Positions 58,174 through 64,000 of a DNA stretch of 64,000 nucleotides are shown one piece after another. Location of the stretch: positions 192,001 through 256,000 of the forward strand of contig CBDCCS010000022.1 in the NCBI GenBank assembly GCA_965214935.1, in the 5' to 3' direction. A program made the translations under genes and the position numbers. Each line of letters begins with the position of its first letter. Positions within the stretch are counted from its first letter, which is position 1. Under the pieces are notes generated by a model, which was given only the letters and a program-made list of their open reading frames with translations, was not told the origin of the DNA and ran no database searches. Source of the stretch: Candidatus Velthaea sp. (GTDB taxonomy: Bacteria; Vulcanimicrobiota; Vulcanimicrobiia; Vulcanimicrobiales; Vulcanimicrobiaceae).

Positions 58174-59460
58174 ATGCCACGCATTCAATGGCTTTGGCTA
58201 GTCGCGTTTGTACTGACGGCATGTAATAGCGGCGGAGCGTCTGTCGGCAGTCAGAAGGCCGGTTCCGGCGTGCTGCCGGCAAGTGCGGTCGAAGCATCGC
58301 CTTCCGATCAGACACAGTCGATACGTCAAATCGCGGGCGACGCCGGCGCCGACTCGAGTTCGGCTGTCCCGTTCGGCAGCGTCTCGCCGAATTACGATCC
58401 ACCGGCAAATTGGCTGCCTTATCGCGCAGATTCTACGTTCAACCAGCGTCTTTCCAATGTTGACAACCCGACGCGAGACCCGAACGATCGGCAAAAGATC
58501 CAAGCCATGTTCGATTCTGCATTGGGTTCCAATCAGTACCAGGGCAGTATCGCCACTCCGGAATCGACCGCTTTAGCGTCAAACGAGGGCGGCGGCGGTC
58601 TACCGTATTACTTTGCAAAAACGAGCGATCCACTCGTAACGATCAACTGTACGGCATCGTTCGGGACATGTTCGCTGCAAGGAAAGCGCTTTTACGTTCC
58701 GGCGAAAGCTGCCTACGCGCAAAACAACGATCACCACATGGTCGTCGTTCAGCCTAGCGGTTTGGAACTCGACGTTTGGGAGTGGGGTCAGAGCTTCAAA
58801 AGCGGCACGGTGCAGAATCCACCATGGCATAACGGCGAGCAAGTGAATATCGGTTGGGGCGGGCTTGCGGACCTGACGCACGGCACGGGCTGGGATTCAG
58901 CTAATGGCGGGCTTACCGCCGGCGGCAGTGATGGTCTGGCCGGAACGGTCCGCGAGCCGGAACTCGCATCCGGACAAATTCGCCACGCGCTTACGGCAAA
59001 TACGTTTTGCTCGCCGACCAGCGACTATGTTTATCCCGCCGTGCATGCATCGAACCAGCAAAACTGCCATGGCTTACATCTCGCCCCAAATCAAATCGTG
59101 GCAATGGGCAGTCGTCTTTGGCTCGATTTAAGCGATAGCCAAATCGATTCGCTAGCACACTTCAATAGCGCACAAAAAACCGTGCTCCGAGCGCTTCACG
59201 AATACGGCGCATTTGTAAACGACAACAGCGGCTACGATCCGTTGAGCATCGGGGTCATCGAGTCGCAGATTCCCGGTAGCGTCTACGGCGAGGATGTCGT
59301 CGGTCAATGGGGAGCGAGCCATCTGCCGCGCTGGTACGATTGGAAAGGGCTAACTTGGTATGCGGTGCTGTCTGCTTCGGACATGACGAATTACATCGAG
59401 CCGCACCTCCACGTGCTTGCTCCATGTGTCAATGTCGGCTACCCCGGTTCGCGCTGCTGA
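58174..59460 (+). CDS. Lipoprotein carrying an uncharacterised domain (paralog A)
   Basis: Lipobox LTAC; shares DxH, ExD, IxH, G...WL and YG..V.DN.G motifs with the protein at 61310. Confidence 0.78.
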   Translation: MPRIQWLWLVAFVLTACNSGGASVGSQKAGSGVLPASAVEASPSDQTQSIRQIAGDAGADSSSAVPFGSVSPNYDPPANWLPYRADSTFNQRLSNVDNPTRDPNDRQKIQAMFDSALGSNQYQGSIATPESTALASNEGGGGLPYYFAKTSDPLVTINCTASFGTCSLQGKRFYVPAKAAYAQNNDHHMVVVQPSGLELDVWEWGQSFKSGTVQNPPWHNGEQVNIGWGGLADLTHGTGWDSANGGLTAGGSDGLAGTVREPELASGQIRHALTANTFCSPTSDYVYPAVHASNQQNCHGLHLAPNQIVAMGSRLWLDLSDSQIDSLAHFNSAQKTVLRALHEYGAFVNDNSGYDPLSIGVIESQIPGSVYGEDVVGQWGASHLPRWYDWKGLTWYAVLSASDMTNYIEPHLHVLAPCVNVGYPGSRC

Positions 59461-59620
59461 CGCGGTAAGCAAAGCCCCAATCGTTCGACGTTACAGAGCG
59501 CGCCGCCATGCGCGTCGAGTGATTTGCGTCGCAGTCGAACGGTATGCCGCCCGTGCACGCGCGGTCGAGCATGCTTGTTCGGACATGACAACGCTCGCGC
59601 TCGTCGCATAGAACCAATCG

Positions 59621-60760
59621 ATGAGGCTAACGCGGACGCGTTCTCGAGAGGGAAAAATACAAACGAGGGTCGTTCACCTCGTAGCGACGTTACGCGACGG
59701 CGGCGCAGAGACACTGGTACGCGCTCTCATCCCGCGCTTAGCCGCCGTTCCCAGCCTTGACGTCCAAGTCGTTTCGGTTTACGATCCGCGGCTTGATGAC
59801 GCCGAGCGCGCGCAACTCGGCGCGCCCTTACATGTCATCGGTCGACGCGGCCGCGCCGATTTGAGCTTTGCGCCGCGCTTATTGCAGACGCTGCGTCGCG
59901 TTGCACCCGACATCGTACACGGGCACATCCATACCGGCAAATATGCGGGCCGGATCGCCGCAATTATCGCCGGTGTTCCGCGGATTGTCTTTACCGAGCA
60001 CGGTGACGAAACGGGTGGCGTCGTCCGATCGGTGGTCAAGCGAATCCTCAACGCCCGCACCGATCGATTCATTGTCTTCACCGAAGCAGAACGCCGGCGT
60101 TACGCGCTCGCTGAAAACTTGGCCTTGCAAAAAATCGATGTTATCGCGAACGGGATCCCGTTGCCCGAACCGACGGACACGGTTGCGACGAGAAAGGAGC
60201 TGCGACTTCAACCAACCGACTTTGCCATCGTCACTGCGGCACGTTTGGTCCACCAAAAGAACCAGGAGCTCGCGTTGCGCGCAGTCGCGAAGCTGCGCGC
60301 GAACGGCCGCAAGCAACTTCGCTTGATCGTCATCGGCGACGGTACCGATGCGCACGCGTTGCGGACGCTTGCTGCCGAACTGGACCTTGCCGATAGCGTT
60401 TCGTTTCTCGGCTATCGGCGCGACGCTCAACGCCTGAGCGCCGCGTGCGACCTCATGGTCCTGCCGTCACGCTGGGAAAAAATGCCGCTTGTTCTCGGCG
60501 AGTCGATGCTTTGCGGCGTACCGGTTGTTACCGCACCGTGGACGGGTGTGCGGGAGTTTGTCGAGCACGGGCAGACCGGGTATGTCACAAACGACTGGAG
60601 CGTAGACGCCTTTTCATCAGCAATTGCCTCGGCGATCGACGATTCGTTCGCGCGCAGAGAGATCGCCGCTGCCGCCAAAGAGACGGCGCTCGACCGTTTC
60701 GATCTCGAGCGCACCGTTGCGCGGCATGCGTCGCTGTATCAGTCGCTCAGCGGCCGTTAA
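59621..60760 (+). CDS. GT4 glycosyltransferase
   Basis: GGAE, PDIVHGH, TEHG, IANGI, ARL..QKN and PSRWEKMPLVLGESM. Confidence 0.88.
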   Translation: MRLTRTRSREGKIQTRVVHLVATLRDGGAETLVRALIPRLAAVPSLDVQVVSVYDPRLDDAERAQLGAPLHVIGRRGRADLSFAPRLLQTLRRVAPDIVHGHIHTGKYAGRIAAIIAGVPRIVFTEHGDETGGVVRSVVKRILNARTDRFIVFTEAERRRYALAENLALQKIDVIANGIPLPEPTDTVATRKELRLQPTDFAIVTAARLVHQKNQELALRAVAKLRANGRKQLRLIVIGDGTDAHALRTLAAELDLADSVSFLGYRRDAQRLSAACDLMVLPSRWEKMPLVLGESMLCGVPVVTAPWTGVREFVEHGQTGYVTNDWSVDAFSSAIASAIDDSFARREIAAAAKETALDRFDLERTVARHASLYQSLSGR

Positions 60761-61309
60761 GCCGCATGATTTTGTAATCGCGCTTGCAGGCAATGCTTGC
60801 ATCTCAGTCGTGTGAGCCCGCCGGGCCACGAGTAAGTTTATACCGCTACATGCATCCTGCTGCATCGGCACGGGATGTTCGGTTCACATCATCGGATCGA
60901 CATACCGGAAACCTGACGTTTCATGCCGGCGACGGTCGCCGAGCCGGTGCAGCCGGCTCTTGTGTAGCGCTGATAATTGTAATGGTACGTATTGGTACGA
61001 TGCACTAAGTAACATACTCGAGATGCCGGTTTACATCATAGTGTGACCTCAACAAGCAATGCGCGTGCATTATTTATTTCAGCGGCAGCATAAGTTGCCT
61101 CGCGCGTACGCTGCACTAGCATTGACGTGCCCATATCGACGCAATGTACGAAGATCATTAGCGTTGCGATTGTAAGGTACGAAACCGAACTGCGTGATGC
61201 ATCTAACATAACTATGGAATGACACGCTCAACCTAATAACTACAATCTCTTACGCCGAATCCTAAAGCGTGTTGGGGAGCATGATGTTCCCCGGAGGATT
61301 TACAAGGAT

Positions 61310-63505
61310 ATGTATAAACGCCATTTACAGATGGCCGTTACTTTGTTATTTGCTTGCGGCTTAAGTGCATGCGGCGGCGGCGCCGGCAGCCTACCGCCGG
61401 CAGCAAATCTCAATGTTAATGGAGCTGCATCGAACGGATCTGCAGCTGCGACTCGACACGTTACTTCCATTCATAACGGAAGCAGCGCATACGGTTATAG
61501 CGCACCGTGGGGCGGCTTCGGCGGCAACGGACAGATCTACGTTCTTGCACAAGGTCAATGTCACGACATTGGAGCATCGCCGGCGGGCGGCGTCGTATGG
61601 CCATCGTTCCTTAACACTCTTAAACCGGGTACTGCCATTACAATCGTCGGCACGCCATCGTATGCAAACGCGTGGGCTCAAGAAAACAATTGTCCGACCG
61701 GCGGCATCGTCGCAACGAATGTCACTCTCGGGACGGCTACACCTGCGCCGAACCCGGCGTCGAGTGCTACGCCCGGCATGCCGGCAGCCGTGCAGATTAA
61801 TGCCGGCGGAAGCGCCGTCGCGACCTGGACGGCCGACAGCGGTTTTACTGGTGGCTTTGTCGCTGCGACACTACAGCCGGTAAGTACGGCTTCGGCGGCG
61901 AATCCAGCACCGCAGAATGTCTACCAGTCTAATCGCTACGGTCGTCAATTTGCTTATACGATCGCGCATCTTTCTGCGAACGCAACATACATCGTGCGCC
62001 TACACTTTGCCGAAACATACTTTAACGAAGCCGGCAAAAGAGTTTTCGGCGCTTCGATCAACGGCAGACCGATGTTAGCCAACTTCGATATCTTTGCAGC
62101 AGCGGGCGGTGCGAACGTTGCGGTTACCAAACAGTTTGCAAGTCAAGCCGATTTGAGCGGCGTCATCAACATTACTTTTGCGGCAACGGTCAATAATGCA
62201 CTGGTGTCCGGCATCGAAGTAATGCCGGGCACGATCTTGCCGACACCGGTTCCGACGGTCGCGCCGAGTGCTGCTCCCACGGCAATGCCCACGGCTCCGC
62301 CGAATCCCGGCGGCTTGAACTATCCGGCGCCGTTTCCGCAATGGCAGAATGCTATTGGTCTCAAAACCATTATCGATCCGAACCGTGCCGCCGCGCACAT
62401 CAAATCGTACGATGCCGGAGCAATGAACTTCTATTCGTCGTGGAATCCGAATTGGAGTAACATCGACGGTGGTGTCGCCGGCTGGGACAGTCAAGCGAAT
62501 TATGCGATCACATCCGGCCCCGGCGAAGGTTTCTACGTCGCGTCGAACAGCGATCCGACGTACGACCTCCACTGTTACAACGGCGGCTATTGCGGATATA
62601 CAAACGGTTTGACCGGCATGCACATCCCGTACGGCGCACGCACGCAGAACTCGGGAACCGGCAACTGTGATTGTCACATCTACGTGCTGCAACCCGTAGG
62701 CTGGACGCCGGGCAGTGTAAACGGCGTCAAGTGGCCGAAACTTGCGCCGCCGTATCAGTATGAGATCGACATCGAGAACGCCGCGACGTCGCAGTCATGT
62801 GAAGGCAGCGCTGCTCTGCAGTGCACAACGTTCACCGGCGGTGGTCAGATCTACGCGTGGGGCAGTATCGCTTATTCGACGGGCAGCACCGGCTGGTATG
62901 GCGGTAAGAGTCCGGCGAACGACGGTTTTAGTCCGGCGAATAGTGCGCCGGCGGGCTGGGGCGGATCGGCCGACCACTCGAACACACCGTATACGTCGCT
63001 TGTCGTAAGCGCCCAAGATGTTTTACAAGGCGCCATCAATCATGAAACGGCACTCGGGATCGTTTGCTCCGAGACGCCGCAAAGCGATAACTGGCCGGCG
63101 GCGATCGTCGGCACCGATTACCCTTGCTCGAACATCCAGGGCGGAATGAAAGGCTGGTCTTACGGCGATCATATCTGGCTGCAAAGAACGCCGGCCGAGA
63201 TCCGCAATGATGTCGCAAACCATATCCTAACGACGATGCAAGGGATGCTGGCAATGAGCTTCGCGCAGTACGGCACCTTGGTGTTCGATAACGCAGGAAA
63301 TTGGGGACCGACCTTCCTCGTCAACACAACAAGTGGTGACCCGTTATGGAGCGCAGTCGGCGATAAATACGGCCTGCCGCGCATAACGAAGGCCTTCCGC
63401 AACGTGCAAACCAGCGGCGTGCTCATCAACTTATCGTTACCCATGAGCTACATGAAGGCATACGCGCACGCGATCGACTCGTGCGTCGTTCGCTCCACGT
63501 GCTAA
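61310..63505 (+). CDS. Lipoprotein: malectin domain, Pro/Thr linker and uncharacterised domain (paralog B)
   Basis: Lipobox LSAC followed by GGG; malectin signature INAGG...VYQSNR...VRLHFAE...RVF...FDI...SGIE; GGAGG RBS. Confidence 0.82.
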   Translation: MYKRHLQMAVTLLFACGLSACGGGAGSLPPAANLNVNGAASNGSAAATRHVTSIHNGSSAYGYSAPWGGFGGNGQIYVLAQGQCHDIGASPAGGVVWPSFLNTLKPGTAITIVGTPSYANAWAQENNCPTGGIVATNVTLGTATPAPNPASSATPGMPAAVQINAGGSAVATWTADSGFTGGFVAATLQPVSTASAANPAPQNVYQSNRYGRQFAYTIAHLSANATYIVRLHFAETYFNEAGKRVFGASINGRPMLANFDIFAAAGGANVAVTKQFASQADLSGVINITFAATVNNALVSGIEVMPGTILPTPVPTVAPSAAPTAMPTAPPNPGGLNYPAPFPQWQNAIGLKTIIDPNRAAAHIKSYDAGAMNFYSSWNPNWSNIDGGVAGWDSQANYAITSGPGEGFYVASNSDPTYDLHCYNGGYCGYTNGLTGMHIPYGARTQNSGTGNCDCHIYVLQPVGWTPGSVNGVKWPKLAPPYQYEIDIENAATSQSCEGSAALQCTTFTGGGQIYAWGSIAYSTGSTGWYGGKSPANDGFSPANSAPAGWGGSADHSNTPYTSLVVSAQDVLQGAINHETALGIVCSETPQSDNWPAAIVGTDYPCSNIQGGMKGWSYGDHIWLQRTPAEIRNDVANHILTTMQGMLAMSFAQYGTLVFDNAGNWGPTFLVNTTSGDPLWSAVGDKYGLPRITKAFRNVQTSGVLINLSLPMSYMKAYAHAIDSCVVRSTC

Positions 63506-63545
63506 ACCGCTAAACAAAACCGGCCGCGCGGCCGAGTGAATCACG

Positions 63546-63584
63546 AAGTCGTTCAAGGCGCACCGCTGCCTTGAACGACTTTTG
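63546..63584 (+). terminator. Intrinsic terminator between convergent paralogs
   Basis: AAGTCGTTCAAGGC-N8-GCCTTGAACGACTT followed by TTT. Confidence 0.75.
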
Positions 63585-63810
63585 TGTGTGTTGGTGCGGC
63601 TTTCGGCTTAACGGAAGCCCGCCGACGTAGCGTTTTGCCGGGCGCGGCGGCCCAGTAGATACGACCCCCCAACGCAATCGACAACGAGCGGACGACGTCT
63701 AGCGTCGTCGGATGCTTTCAAGCGCGCCGACGTGCCGATCCGTTCTTCTTCCGGCCTTCGTTATTGGACGAGCCTCCTGCGGCAGCGACTGTTTGGAGCT
63801 TACAAACCGG

Positions 63811-63999
63811 TCATCGACAAGTTGCCCTGATGACGCACGAATCGATCGCGTGTGCATACGCCTGCATATAGCTTACCGGAAGCGAAAGATTGAGCAGGAC
63901 GCCGGAGGTATCGACGCCGCCAAGTTTTTGCCGGATGTTCGGCAGATTGTACTTCGCGGCGACGCGAAGCCACTCGGCATCACCGCTTAACGTGCTGAT
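63811..63999 (-). CDS. 3' end of a third paralog (C) of the uncharacterised domain; not in the ORF track, truncated by the window
   Basis: Translates ISTLSGDAEWLRVAAKYNLPNIRQKLGGVDTSGVLLNLSLPVSYMQAYAHAIDSCVIRATCR*, closely matching the C-terminus of the 61310 protein. Confidence 0.85.
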   Translation of the reverse strand: MSTLSGDAEWLRVAAKYNLPNIRQKLGGVDTSGVLLNLSLPVSYMQAYAHAIDSCVIRATCR

Positions 64000-64000
64000 C

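Noticed and set aside
63712..63990. 92-aa + strand ORF at the window end
   Set aside because: It is antisense to the clearly homologous minus-strand paralog C-terminus (63811-63999).
1..64000. CRISPR arrays, tRNA/rRNA genes, IS elements, integrases, prophage genes
   Set aside because: No regularly spaced repeats, cloverleaf or rRNA signatures, or transposase/integrase motifs were recognised by eye.

Overview
A GC-rich bacterial chromosomal window with no rRNA, tRNA, CRISPR array, integrase or transposase that I can recognise. The style of the many 'C-GGGG' lipoproteins tentatively suggests a Vulcanimicrobiota/Eremiobacterota-like soil bacterium; this is a weak inference. Left to right it holds: (1) a phosphate regulon, ppx-phoB-phoR-pstS-pstC-(pstA), with Pho-box-like repeats; (2) a MenA-like prenyltransferase and a NifU-domain protein; (3) a four-gene XpaC-like/YbjQ/small peptide/TelA operon; (4) two MFS transporters, a HAF-repeat protein with mosaic GC content, and an exported one-Cys MsrA; (5) a translationally coupled biosynthetic operon (ferredoxin, methyltransferase, FAD oxidoreductase, SRPBCC cyclase, FabF-type ketosynthase, ABC ATPase), whose ABC permease and AttH/CrtC-like partners lie 6 kb downstream; (6) in that gap, a Pseudomonas Che2-like chemosensory cassette that lacks cheR and cheB, has an Aer2 receptor missing its heme-ligating His, and has a cheD without a canonical start; (7) an unusual minimal Clp/Hsp100 ATPase with a Zn finger and hydrophobic helix, coupled to a secreted protein; (8) the housekeeping rimP-nusA-ylxR-infB-rbfA-nrnA-truB-ribF operon; (9) a surface-polysaccharide locus with a priming transferase, two flippases (one frameshifted), several glycosyltransferases and three paralogous proteins sharing an uncharacterised, possibly catalytic domain. 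All family assignments come from motif recognition by eye, not from database searches.
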